Positions 17,795-26,571 of a stretch of DNA of 28,227 nucleotides are shown piece after piece. Within the stretch, counting starts at the first letter, position 1; each line of letters opens with the position of its first letter. The stretch is from an uncultured Pseudomonadales bacterium (GTDB lineage: Bacteria > Patescibacteriota > Microgenomatia > UBA1400 > PJMF01): NCBI GenBank assembly GCA_964621585.1, contig CAZULU010000003.1:1-28227 (forward strand). The letters are read 5' to 3'. The notes beneath the pieces were generated by a model, which saw only the letters and a list, made by a program, of their open reading frames with translations, was not told the DNA's origin and made no database searches. The translations under genes and the position numbers were made by a program.

Positions 17795-19873
17795 TTAGTC
17801 AAGCAGTTGAGTAATACACAACCACATACCTTTCCGAAAAGTCCCGTTCATTTTCCTGTTGGTTATAGTCAGGTGATATGGTAGCCACATCAAGAATTGT
17901 AGCTTTTGAACGAGTGTGCCATTTTTTAGAGTAAACACAATAGCGTTTTTGATTGACATGACTTGCATGCGTTGTTCACCAAACGCAGTCTTATTTGTTG
18001 TTTCATGATTGTGATCAACCAAGGCGTCTACATCAAACCAAACACTCCATCCCATCTTCTTAGCACGATACGAAAGATCTGTATCTTCCCAGTAGGCAGG
18101 CTTGAACTTGGGGTCAAAACCTTTTAATTCCAACCACTTTCGCTTATCAAACATTGCACTCCCACCACTTGCCCATGCCGTCTCTCCAGTACTATAACGT
18201 TTTGCTCGACTATGATGAAATAATCCTCGCTCAAACCACAAACGATTCTTACCCCCAGATATCTGTTTTCCTTGACTGTCTTTTTCTATTTCATGACACC
18301 CAACTGCAAACACGTTTCGCGGTTGTTTACGATTTTCGGACTCTGTAAAGTAGGGCACCAAAACATCTAAGATTTCTTTGTGTGGTTTGACATCAGAATT
18401 CAGAAGCAAAATTAGATCATGACTTGCCTGTTTGACACCACGATTAGAAGATATTGCGAACCGTTGGTTGTCCACGTTTTTGAGAACAGTGATATCAATT
18501 TTTCTATTCTCGTCACTAAAACTTCCCTTAAACAAATCAAAATAGATGACTGCTCGATCTTCTACTCTGTCTAAAGAAAAGTATTGCACCAACCATTCGA
18601 TAGAATTATCTGTGCTCGCATCATCCACAATCACTATCTCATCATTATTTCGCAGACAGCGTAAAACTGCAGGCAAATGTTTCTCGAGTAATCTCTGTCC
18701 ATTATAATTTGGAATAACTACTGATACGTGGGGACTAATTTCATCCTTTTCAATTGGTTCTATGTCTACCATTGTGTCGAGTTTACGATAAAAATTTTCT
18801 GGAGAAAAAGTACTCGCTCTCTCGCGAGCATGCTGAGCAATATCTGCCATATCAACTTCTTCTTTTATACATGCCAACGTTTTTTCTATTAAAGCGTCTC
18901 TCTCATTCCAAAGATAACCAGAAACCCCATGTTCAATAATCTCTTTTTGGCCTCCCTTGTTGATGACAATCGGAACACACCCACTTGCCATAGCCTCAAT
19001 GGTAGTTATTCCAAAATGCTCCATTTTTTCCGGATGCAAGTATTCGTCTACCTCATATCCTGTTGCATGCCAATATATTTTTGCTCGACTAAATAAATTC
19101 TTTAAAGCCTCTTGTGAGGCATTATGAATAATTTGAATTGGAAACCCTTGAGCCATCTCTTGTATTCGGTCTGCATATTCTTGATCTTCTACTGGACCTA
19201 CCAGAATCAATCGCCATCCGGCCATTTCTGATGGATAGTCCTTACACATTTTTTTGAAAGCTTTTACTAATACATCTTGTCGCTTAGTGTGCAAACCTGT
19301 AAAAAATCTTCCAACATTCAGGATAATTTTTTCCTTCCGTTTACCAGGCAAGAACTGATTAGTATCAACAAATGGTTGGTGGACTTTAGAAACTTTAGTT
19401 TCCCATACTCTTTCAATCACTTGTTTAGTAAAAATCGAATTGGTATTTTTGATTTGCCAATTGAGCAATTTTAGCCGATCAAAGAGTGAAAGCTGATGCT
19501 TGAATGGAACCTGAATGTGTAAAATGTTTCTTTTCGCCAGGGAAAAGAAAAAGCTGCCATCAGTGACGTAGTACATTACATCAAATTGGCTGGTCCATTT
19601 CACCTTGTCGAGAAATTTTTGAGAAGTAAACAAAGGAGTTGCCACAAACTCTACAAACTGGAGATCCAAATCAAGAAAACGCTCATAAGCTTCTCGGATA
19701 AGATGTTGGTCATCAACACTCAACTCAGTCTCAGAGGGAATTCCCACCACTACACGATGCCCTTTAGAAAGGTACTCTGCAACGGAGAAAAAATATCGTT
19801 CTCCTCCTCCAAAGTGCTTGGGAACATACGGAGAAATTAAACAGACTGATAATATTTTGCTCGTTGCTGACAT
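17795..19873 (-). CDS. Bifunctional glycosyltransferase: N-terminal GT4 (GT-B) fused to C-terminal GT2 (GT-A, WbbL/RfbF-like)
   Basis: GT4 part: HFGGGERY, ILNVGRF, HTKRQDVL, EHFGITTIEAMASGCVP. GT2 part from about 18740: VSVVIPNYNG, VDDASTD, LLNSDV, SGGSAM, GFDPKFKPAYWEDTDLSYRA. No stop between the domains. Start moved from 19963 to the ATG at 19873. Confidence 0.9.
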   Translation of the reverse strand: MSATSKILSVCLISPYVPKHFGGGERYFFSVAEYLSKGHRVVVGIPSETELSVDDQHLIREAYERFLDLDLQFVEFVATPLFTSQKFLDKVKWTSQFDVMYYVTDGSFFFSLAKRNILHIQVPFKHQLSLFDRLKLLNWQIKNTNSIFTKQVIERVWETKVSKVHQPFVDTNQFLPGKRKEKIILNVGRFFTGLHTKRQDVLVKAFKKMCKDYPSEMAGWRLILVGPVEDQEYADRIQEMAQGFPIQIIHNASQEALKNLFSRAKIYWHATGYEVDEYLHPEKMEHFGITTIEAMASGCVPIVINKGGQKEIIEHGVSGYLWNERDALIEKTLACIKEEVDMADIAQHARERASTFSPENFYRKLDTMVDIEPIEKDEISPHVSVVIPNYNGQRLLEKHLPAVLRCLRNNDEIVIVDDASTDNSIEWLVQYFSLDRVEDRAVIYFDLFKGSFSDENRKIDITVLKNVDNQRFAISSNRGVKQASHDLILLLNSDVKPHKEILDVLVPYFTESENRKQPRNVFAVGCHEIEKDSQGKQISGGKNRLWFERGLFHHSRAKRYSTGETAWASGGSAMFDKRKWLELKGFDPKFKPAYWEDTDLSYRAKKMGWSVWFDVDALVDHNHETTNKTAFGEQRMQVMSIKNAIVFTLKNGTLVQKLQFLMWLPYHLTITNRKMNGTFRKGMWLCITQLLD

Positions 19874-19901
19874 AATGAAAATGAAACCAGTTGATACATG
19901 A

Positions 19902-20726
19902 CTACTTCTTGTGTTTATCCCATTGCTCCAAAACTGTTTCGTCAATTTTTTGATAGGTTTCATTTAAAGATGGTTTACGCTGAAGTTCCCACAGCCGTTC
20001 ATACACAATAAACTTATTCATTGCCTGAGTCATAGCCTCAATCCATCCTTCTATGCCATCCTTACGTCCTTTTTTAAAAAATGCACGTCGAATAAACTCC
20101 ATGACACTTTTTCTCACTAATGTTTTTACTGTGACCTGCGGATGCCCTCCGTCAAAGAGTAGTTGTGCTTCAATGCCAGTCCACTCAATCGTTTTTTTTA
20201 AACCATCTACCATATTACGGTGAGTAAGATGGACAAGTGGTTCTTTTAATGCAACTACTGGGCCTTCAACATGTGGTGTTTCATGGACTTCGCCTGTCCA
20301 TTTATTGAAAGCAGATTTTCTAAAGACTCTTTCCACCCAATCATTGTGCCACCCACCGTGCTCCATCCACTTACCATAATGAATATTATTCCGTTTCAGT
20401 TTACCTGCAACACTATCTGGTTGTTTCATGAGGTTTTGTATCTCTTTTGCTAGTTGGGGGGTTACTCGCTCGTCTGCATCTATATATACAATCCAATCAC
20501 TTGTTACATACCGAAGGGCTACATTTCTACGTTCTGCGAATGAACCAGTCTTCACTTTGATTACTTGTGCACCCGCACGCTCAGCTAAACCAATTGTCAT
20601 GTCTTTAGAACCAGAATCAACCACAATTATCTCATCACACCATTTTAGTGTTTCTAGACAGTTAGCAATCATCAATTCTTCGTTGTAAGTGAGGACGACA
20701 GCAGAGATTGTTGAAGATGTTCCCAT
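19902..20726 (-). CDS. GT2, WaaE/KdtX/LgtF-like family
   Basis: ISAVVLTYNEE, DEIIVVDSGSKDMT, YIDADERVTPQL, VHETP, LVHL, GRKDGIEG. Start moved from 20774 to the ATG at 20726. Confidence 0.9.
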   Translation of the reverse strand: MGTSSTISAVVLTYNEELMIANCLETLKWCDEIIVVDSGSKDMTIGLAERAGAQVIKVKTGSFAERRNVALRYVTSDWIVYIDADERVTPQLAKEIQNLMKQPDSVAGKLKRNNIHYGKWMEHGGWHNDWVERVFRKSAFNKWTGEVHETPHVEGPVVALKEPLVHLTHRNMVDGLKKTIEWTGIEAQLLFDGGHPQVTVKTLVRKSVMEFIRRAFFKKGRKDGIEGWIEAMTQAMNKFIVYERLWELQRKPSLNETYQKIDETVLEQWDKHKK

Positions 20727-20733
20727 ACGGATG

Positions 20734-20741
20734 ATTGTACA
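20734..20741 (-). promoter_or_regulatory. Putative -10 element (TGTACAAT), leaderless-type spacing
   Basis: TACAAT ends 7 nt before the ATG at 20726, in a 79-nt gap. Confidence 0.45.
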
Positions 20742-20764
20742 CCAAAGTGAGGAATCACAACATG

Positions 20765-20789
20765 AGCTTCTCAAGTTTATTGAGGAGCT
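20765..20789. terminator. Intergenic hairpin, possible weak terminator or processing site
   Basis: AGCTTCTCAA-GTTTA-TTGAGGAGCT: 10-bp stem with one imperfect pair, 16 nt downstream of the stop at 20806. There is no clear U-tract on the coding strand. Confidence 0.25.
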
Positions 20790-20805
20790 TTACTACAAGA
20801 TCAAT

Positions 20806-21720
20806 TTAGACATGAAATAACTCTCTTAAGAGCAAAATTTTTGTTTTCCAGGAAGCGTACTTCATTGCAAATCGTATTCTATTACGACGCAAATACTTAT
20901 TATGAATAGATGAACCTGAACCACCAGATGACCCAGCGTTTTTATGCCAAATTACTGCAGTAGGACAAAATACTAAAGAGTATCCTGCGCGCTTGATTCT
21001 TTCACTTAAATCAACATCTTCCCAATACAAGAAGTACGCTTGGTCAAACACGCCAACTTGTTCAACAACTTTTGCAGGTATGAACATGCAACATCCTGTG
21101 GCAAAATCCATTTTTCTAGTTGAAATATATGGTACAGTCAAAGGTTTAGGCTTGAGAGATTTCTCGAGTTTAGATCGTTTCTTGTCCAGTACTTTCCAAT
21201 TAAACTGTCCTCGGTCAACCTGGTCAACTCCTCGGTGAAAAGCAAACATATTTTTCCAGTCAATCGATCCACCTGCAAACCAAATTACCTTTCCTAAATC
21301 CTCCTTCGAATAACTCTCTTTGTGATACTCATACCCTTTTGCAAAGTAGATCATAGGATTTACAATTCCAACATTCTTTTCGTTTTCAGCACACTGCATC
21401 AACTCTTGAAGGAAACTTTTTTCTACTAAAGTATCGTTGTTCAATAGTAAAAAGAAATCAGGACGAAAGCTTTCTTTAGCATAGAAAATGCCTTGATTAT
21501 TACCCCCTGTAAAACCTGTATTCGTTTTTGAATACACAATCCTCAATGAAAAATTCTTATAGGTGTCTTCTCTCAATAGAATCTGCTCTTTGGAACCATT
21601 ATCAACTACTACAACTTGAACATCCACTTCAGTAAAGTCTGCCTGATTCAGAGAATCTAAACAGTCTTTGGTGTGCTGATGCGAATTATAATCAACAAGA
21701 ATAATCGATACTTTTTTCAT
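20806..21720 (-). CDS. GT2, WbbL/RfbF-like (rhamnosyl/hexosyltransferase-like)
   Basis: VSIILVDYNS, VDNGS, NTGFTGGNN, LLLNNDT, DFATGCCM, FDQAYFLYWEDVDLSER, IWHK. Start moved from 21747 to the ATG at 21720 (ATGA overlap). Confidence 0.9.
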   Translation of the reverse strand: MKKVSIILVDYNSHQHTKDCLDSLNQADFTEVDVQVVVVDNGSKEQILLREDTYKNFSLRIVYSKTNTGFTGGNNQGIFYAKESFRPDFFLLLNNDTLVEKSFLQELMQCAENEKNVGIVNPMIYFAKGYEYHKESYSKEDLGKVIWFAGGSIDWKNMFAFHRGVDQVDRGQFNWKVLDKKRSKLEKSLKPKPLTVPYISTRKMDFATGCCMFIPAKVVEQVGVFDQAYFLYWEDVDLSERIKRAGYSLVFCPTAVIWHKNAGSSGGSGSSIHNKYLRRNRIRFAMKYASWKTKILLLRELFHV

Positions 21721-22403
21721 AGGTGTGAAACCGGCCAAAATCGCCATTTAAGAATAACTTTTACTGCTGAAATACCATCTTTCCAAGTTACTTTTTTTCC
21801 TTGACTGAAATCTCTGCCCACATAACTGATGGGTACTTCATATATTCTAATGCCGCGACGCAATATTTTACAGGTAATTTCAGGTTCAATATCAAATGTA
21901 TTTGACTCTATATCTAGCTGTTTAAATAATGCTGTGGGTATCAATTTGTAACATGTTTCCATATCTGACAGCGTGGTGTCATATAAAATATTCACAACAA
22001 AATTCAAGAATTTATTTCCTACTAAGTGCCAGAAGAACAAATTTGAATGTGGACCCAAAAAGCGTGATCCGTACACCACTTCCACATTTCTTTTTTCTAC
22101 AGCTTCAGTCAGGTACTGGATATCGTCAGGGTGGTACTCCAAGTCCGCGTCTTGGATCAAAACATAATCTCCTTGTACATATTGCAACCCTTCACGAATA
22201 GCACTTCCTTTCCCTTCATTCTTTTTGTGAAAAATTTTCACCTTTTTATTCTTAATATTTTGAAGAATATTTTTAGTAGCATCAGTTGATCCATCATTTA
22301 CAATGATAATCTCATGGACTTTGGCAACTTTCAGTAGCGCTGTAATAATTGTTTTTACAGTAGTTTCTTCGTTATAGACTGGAACAATCACAGACAGGCG
22401 CAT
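21717..22403 (-). CDS. GT2, polyprenyl-phosphate sugar synthase-like (DPM1-like)
   Basis: LSVIVPVYNEE, VNDGSTD, NEGKGSAIREG, IQDADLEYHP, VVYGSR, SDMETCYK, FDIEPEIT, YEVPISYVGR, GKKVTWKDG. Confidence 0.9.
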   Translation of the reverse strand: MRLSVIVPVYNEETTVKTIITALLKVAKVHEIIIVNDGSTDATKNILQNIKNKKVKIFHKKNEGKGSAIREGLQYVQGDYVLIQDADLEYHPDDIQYLTEAVEKRNVEVVYGSRFLGPHSNLFFWHLVGNKFLNFVVNILYDTTLSDMETCYKLIPTALFKQLDIESNTFDIEPEITCKILRRGIRIYEVPISYVGRDFSQGKKVTWKDGISAVKVILKWRFWPVSHL

Positions 22404-22404
22404 A

Positions 22405-23298
22405 TTAAATCTTCATTTTTCTTCGAATAATCCATATTGTCTTAGCTAACCCACTACTCTGCTTCACCTTTAAATCTGCTATCCAGTACGCAAGATCCTG
22501 ATGCAATGCTTGGACTTCAGCTAGTGTTTGATTCATGTTTTCTGTTTTCTCTTCAAAGCCTTGGGCTTGCCATTGTTTCAATCGAACGGTTAATTCGTAA
22601 GTTGCCTGCAAAAATGAGACTCCCACACCTCGATTTCCACCACTAATACCATCTTGATAGAATAAACGAGACATGAGTTCCGTTCGAAATCCACCAATCA
22701 AAGTACTAGGTCGGATATCTGATAGTTTTCTCGCCTCAACTTCCTTCGATGTATATCTATTGAGACGTTCAATAAAATCTTCTACGCTCTGATAGTTGTG
22801 ATGAAGAATTGCGAAACTGTCACTCGCCGGTAACCGACGAATTTTCCCTTCAACTTTTGGTGTCGAGTGAATAGTATCTTGCCATGTCACTGCGCCGCGT
22901 TTAAAGAGTCTAAGTTGATAATCTGGCCACCAACCTGCTGTTTGTAACCAATCTCCCAATACAATATTTTTTCTGGGTAATGCAAAGCAGCTGATGTCAG
23001 TGTGCTCAATGATTGTTAGAATTTCAGATTTCAACGCACTCGTTATTTCTTCATCTGCATCTACTACCAGTATCCATTCTCCAGATGCTTTGCCAATAGC
23101 AAAGTTTCTGGCAGGTTCTACAAATCCCACATCTTTAAAACTATATACCTTGTCAGTGTATTTTTTAGCAATCTCCACTGTGTCATCGAGACTATGCATG
23201 TCTACTACAATAATCTCATCTGCCCATGTCACTGATTGCAAACATTTCTTCAATGTTGAAACAGAATTCTTTGTATTGATTACAACTGATATTTTCAT
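22405..23298 (-). CDS. GT2, WaaE/KdtX/LgtF-like family
   Basis: ISVVINTKNS, DEIIVVDMHSLDDT, FVEPARN, VVDADEEI, PRKN, WWPDYQLRLF, IHSTP, ILHH. Confidence 0.9.
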   Translation of the reverse strand: MKISVVINTKNSVSTLKKCLQSVTWADEIIVVDMHSLDDTVEIAKKYTDKVYSFKDVGFVEPARNFAIGKASGEWILVVDADEEITSALKSEILTIIEHTDISCFALPRKNIVLGDWLQTAGWWPDYQLRLFKRGAVTWQDTIHSTPKVEGKIRRLPASDSFAILHHNYQSVEDFIERLNRYTSKEVEARKLSDIRPSTLIGGFRTELMSRLFYQDGISGGNRGVGVSFLQATYELTVRLKQWQAQGFEEKTENMNQTLAEVQALHQDLAYWIADLKVKQSSGLAKTIWIIRRKMKI

Positions 23299-23299
23299 A

Positions 23300-24802
23300 C
23301 TATACCGCTTTATGTGAACGCAAGCTCTGTATTTCTAAAAGTAGCTTGTGCTTACCTAATAATAAAGTCATGATCGCATATACCACAACACTGCTCATCA
23401 TCCCGATCAGCAACCATTCTAAACCTCTTGTCCAGAAATTCATCAATAGTATACCAAATCCACCCATAACACCGGCTGAAACCCCGTGTCTCCACACTTG
23501 TTCCAGTACACTAATATCAACGATCTTCTTCACCATAAATACTGGAATTATTGAGCTAAAAGCAATCAAGAAGGATCCAATTGCTACTCCATGATATCCA
23601 AAAAATCTCAAGCATAATGGCGTAACAACCCAAGTTAGAACTGTCCACATTACCATTAATTTCAAGGTTTGATTAACTTTTCCTACAGCATTGAGTGTGT
23701 TTGTCAGCGGTGAAGAAATAGCACTCCACCCAATACTCAGACTAAAAAGAACAAAACTTAAAATTGTTGGTTCCCATTTATTGTATTTTTCAACCACTTG
23801 AGTTAACGGATAAATAAAAACGCTCATTCCAACAATGATTGGGAAGATACCAAGTGTAATGAAATATAGCGATTTTTCTATTGCCTTGCGCAATGCTTCC
23901 TTATTCCCTTGGAGGCGAGAAAAGGTAGGAAAGGTGATGGCCATGACGTTTTGTACAGTTAGATTATAGGGGTACATAGACCACTGCTTCGCCCAACTCA
24001 TATATCCATAGTGTTGTGGAGTCATCATCGCTCCAATGACTATGAAAAACAAATTATCTTTTACGCGAGCAATTAAATCATTTAATTGAAACTTTAGACC
24101 AAAATTCATCAATTTTCGTAACGAATTGACATCAATACTTATTCCAATAGCCCACGGCTGAATCATAAACATAAGCACTGTCCCTACTACTGATCGTGCA
24201 AAAATCGCGTAGGCAAAGGAAATTGCCCCAAAGCCTTTGAGTGCAAGTACTATTAAAATCACATTAAACGCTATTTGTTCAAAAATCTGTGGAACCACTA
24301 ATTTAGGAAAATCTAGTTTTCTCTCAATTTGAATAGCAGAAATTGTTTTGAATGAGGCAAGTGGAAAAGCAATCCCTGAGGCCAACAATATCCAGACACC
24401 AGTCATCCCAAACTGTTGTTGAATGATTCCACTCCATACGATCACCAGGACCACTGCAAAAATTAACCACGATAGCAACTGTTGTACCGTAAATGCAGTT
24501 CGGTAATCCTTTAATGTTGGGTGTTCTTTCTTTTGAATTAGGGATGCTGCTAATCCTATATCTGAAAAAAAAGTTAACAATCCTATAAATTGAAGTACAT
24601 AGCCATACACCCCAAAATCTTCAGGTGTAAAGTACGCACTTAAAACAAGTTGCGCACCAAGTCCAATTGCTTGAAGAAAAATTGTACGACCAAAATAAGA
24701 GGCTGCACCCGATACAGACTTTTTCTTTATATCTTGTAATTCCTGATCACCAAGAACTTCTTCCAGTTCATCAGTAGTATCTGTGGGAGTTTGATGAATC
24801 AT
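23300..24802 (-). CDS. wzx: Wzx-type oligosaccharide flippase (MOP superfamily, WzxC-like)
   Basis: Polytopic; PEDFGVYG, FSDIGLAASLIQK, IERKLDF, KLMNFG, GYMSWA, FPTFSRLQ, KWEP. Start is the ATG at 24802; the track used the TTG at 24808. Confidence 0.8.
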   Translation of the reverse strand: MIHQTPTDTTDELEEVLGDQELQDIKKKSVSGAASYFGRTIFLQAIGLGAQLVLSAYFTPEDFGVYGYVLQFIGLLTFFSDIGLAASLIQKKEHPTLKDYRTAFTVQQLLSWLIFAVVLVIVWSGIIQQQFGMTGVWILLASGIAFPLASFKTISAIQIERKLDFPKLVVPQIFEQIAFNVILIVLALKGFGAISFAYAIFARSVVGTVLMFMIQPWAIGISIDVNSLRKLMNFGLKFQLNDLIARVKDNLFFIVIGAMMTPQHYGYMSWAKQWSMYPYNLTVQNVMAITFPTFSRLQGNKEALRKAIEKSLYFITLGIFPIIVGMSVFIYPLTQVVEKYNKWEPTILSFVLFSLSIGWSAISSPLTNTLNAVGKVNQTLKLMVMWTVLTWVVTPLCLRFFGYHGVAIGSFLIAFSSIIPVFMVKKIVDISVLEQVWRHGVSAGVMGGFGILLMNFWTRGLEWLLIGMMSSVVVYAIMTLLLGKHKLLLEIQSLRSHKAV

Positions 24803-24804
24803 AC

Positions 24805-26556
24805 TCAACTTTTTCTACTATATTTATTTTCCAGCAAGATAATCGTAATTAGCACAAATACTGCTAATAAGGTCACGAAATCAGCGACAGCTCGGACTTG
24901 AGTGTTTTCCAAGGAAACTTCAACTACTGATGTTCCAGCGGGTACTATAAACTCTATTAACCCAAGTTCATTCACACGATATGGAGTATTATCACTATTG
25001 ATAAATACCATCCACCCCGGGAAATATGCAACATTTGCTTGTAACACGGCCTCGGACATAGCTGCTATCTTTAATTGAATGCTGTGTGTTTTATGATGTA
25101 CTACTTCGACGTTTGCCTCTCCATTTTTTACTTCATACGTGCTTTCACCCCGAGGTAAAATATCTTCAGACAAATCAGTAGGAATATAGTCGGGCAGAAT
25201 ATCACTCATTTCTGTCTGAATACGATACTCATCAGAATAGTAGAGTGCCTGACTATCTTCCAAGAAAGACTCCGGAACAAAGTACTTCCAACTCAATACA
25301 GAAGTAGCAAAGATCACTATCAAAACTACACCGGTTTGTATTTTTTGAGTATGCAAATAACTTATTCCCCATGCTCCCAACAATGCTAGAAAGAAGATTG
25401 TGAGAGACAAGAATCGCCATGGAAACTGGGTCACCTGAAGTGGAGCGAGTGTTTGCCACAGTACTTCAGAGCGCTGAAGTGACATAAAACAACTTACAAT
25501 GAAAAATGGAAATAGCAGCGCCAAAATAACTGTTCGCTCATAGATGTGTGAAAATAAATTAGTAACTTTTTCGATCATTGTGCTCTTTTGGATTACTTTG
25601 GAAACATCCTTCATATAACGAATACCGTAATACACAAGCATCACTGAAGTGAACACCAAAACAATCAGTTGTACATGTCCTAAAAAGAAGCTCATGTCAT
25701 CACCGGGCCCCCACTGAGAACCACCGTATTGCCAGTTTTCTTTAAAAAATTGCCGAAGATATAAAAAGTGTTGAGAATAATGGAAATATCCAGTCAAGAT
25801 TCTTTCTTCGACTTGGGTATAGTGTTTTTCCAATAAGGCTGGGACAAGATAAAAGGTTGCTAAGCCTACCGGAATGGTAAAACCAATAATATATTGTAAT
25901 GATATTTTTAGACGCTCTTTAAAAGTTATTCTCGGCACTCTACTTAACCATACGAAAAACGCGGTAAGTGCCGCAAAGGGGAAGAATAGCATGGTCATCA
26001 GATTATGACTAAGAAATAATCCTAGTAAACTTGCTGATAACGCCTTCCAACTCCAACGTTCATTCTTTGCTATTCCCAAAATTCCATCAAATACCCAAGG
26101 GAAAAATGCCATTGCCCATACTTCTCCAATAGCTCCTCGAATATATAAATCCACCGCTCGATATGGCGCCAGAGTAAACAGTATCGCAGCCACTATCCCA
26201 CCATGTACTCCAAACAATCGTTTGCCTAATATAAACGCTCCCCAGAAAGAAATAATTGAAGGAACTAACCACAAAGACTTCACTGCTAATAAAATATTAT
26301 TTGTAAGCAGGTAGACAATGCTACCGAAATAATATGGAAGTGGAGCATAAAATTCAAAAAGAGGCATACCATAGCCATAAGCAAAATTAGGGCTCCATCT
26401 GACTGGAAAGTGTCCATCTCGCAATGCTGTAGTCATTTCAACAATTCGAGCACCATGCACGAAATCATGCACTCTAAAAAATTCGGGGTGAAGTAAACTT
26501 CGGCTAGTAACAGTTATAGCCGCTAAAAAAGATAAAATAATCAGTGCGCGTTTCAT
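24805..26556 (-). CDS. GT-C-fold membrane protein, PTPS-related/YfhO-like family
   Basis: HDFVHGAR, GHFPVRWSPNFAYGYGMPLFEFYAPLPYY, APYRAVDLYIRGAIGE, SHN, QFPWRFL, and a C-terminal YfhO-like beta domain (YFPGW, GLIEF). The family name is historical; I do not claim pterin synthase activity. Confidence 0.75.
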   Translation of the reverse strand: MKRALIILSFLAAITVTSRSLLHPEFFRVHDFVHGARIVEMTTALRDGHFPVRWSPNFAYGYGMPLFEFYAPLPYYFGSIVYLLTNNILLAVKSLWLVPSIISFWGAFILGKRLFGVHGGIVAAILFTLAPYRAVDLYIRGAIGEVWAMAFFPWVFDGILGIAKNERWSWKALSASLLGLFLSHNLMTMLFFPFAALTAFFVWLSRVPRITFKERLKISLQYIIGFTIPVGLATFYLVPALLEKHYTQVEERILTGYFHYSQHFLYLRQFFKENWQYGGSQWGPGDDMSFFLGHVQLIVLVFTSVMLVYYGIRYMKDVSKVIQKSTMIEKVTNLFSHIYERTVILALLFPFFIVSCFMSLQRSEVLWQTLAPLQVTQFPWRFLSLTIFFLALLGAWGISYLHTQKIQTGVVLIVIFATSVLSWKYFVPESFLEDSQALYYSDEYRIQTEMSDILPDYIPTDLSEDILPRGESTYEVKNGEANVEVVHHKTHSIQLKIAAMSEAVLQANVAYFPGWMVFINSDNTPYRVNELGLIEFIVPAGTSVVEVSLENTQVRAVADFVTLLAVFVLITIILLENKYSRKS

Positions 26557-26571
26557 AATGGTTTACAATCT

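Noticed and set aside
19874-19963. N-terminal extensions in the ORF track (also 7117-7194, 20727-20774, 21721-21747, 5225-5236, 3620-3634, 10751-10762)
   Set aside because: They overlap upstream genes or candidate promoters and precede the point where family similarity starts. Downstream ATGs give coupled or SD-supported starts.
21209-21237. Short interleaved repeats TCCTCGGT and GGTCAAC
   Set aside because: They are explained by the peptide HRGVDQVDRGQ; too short to indicate an element.
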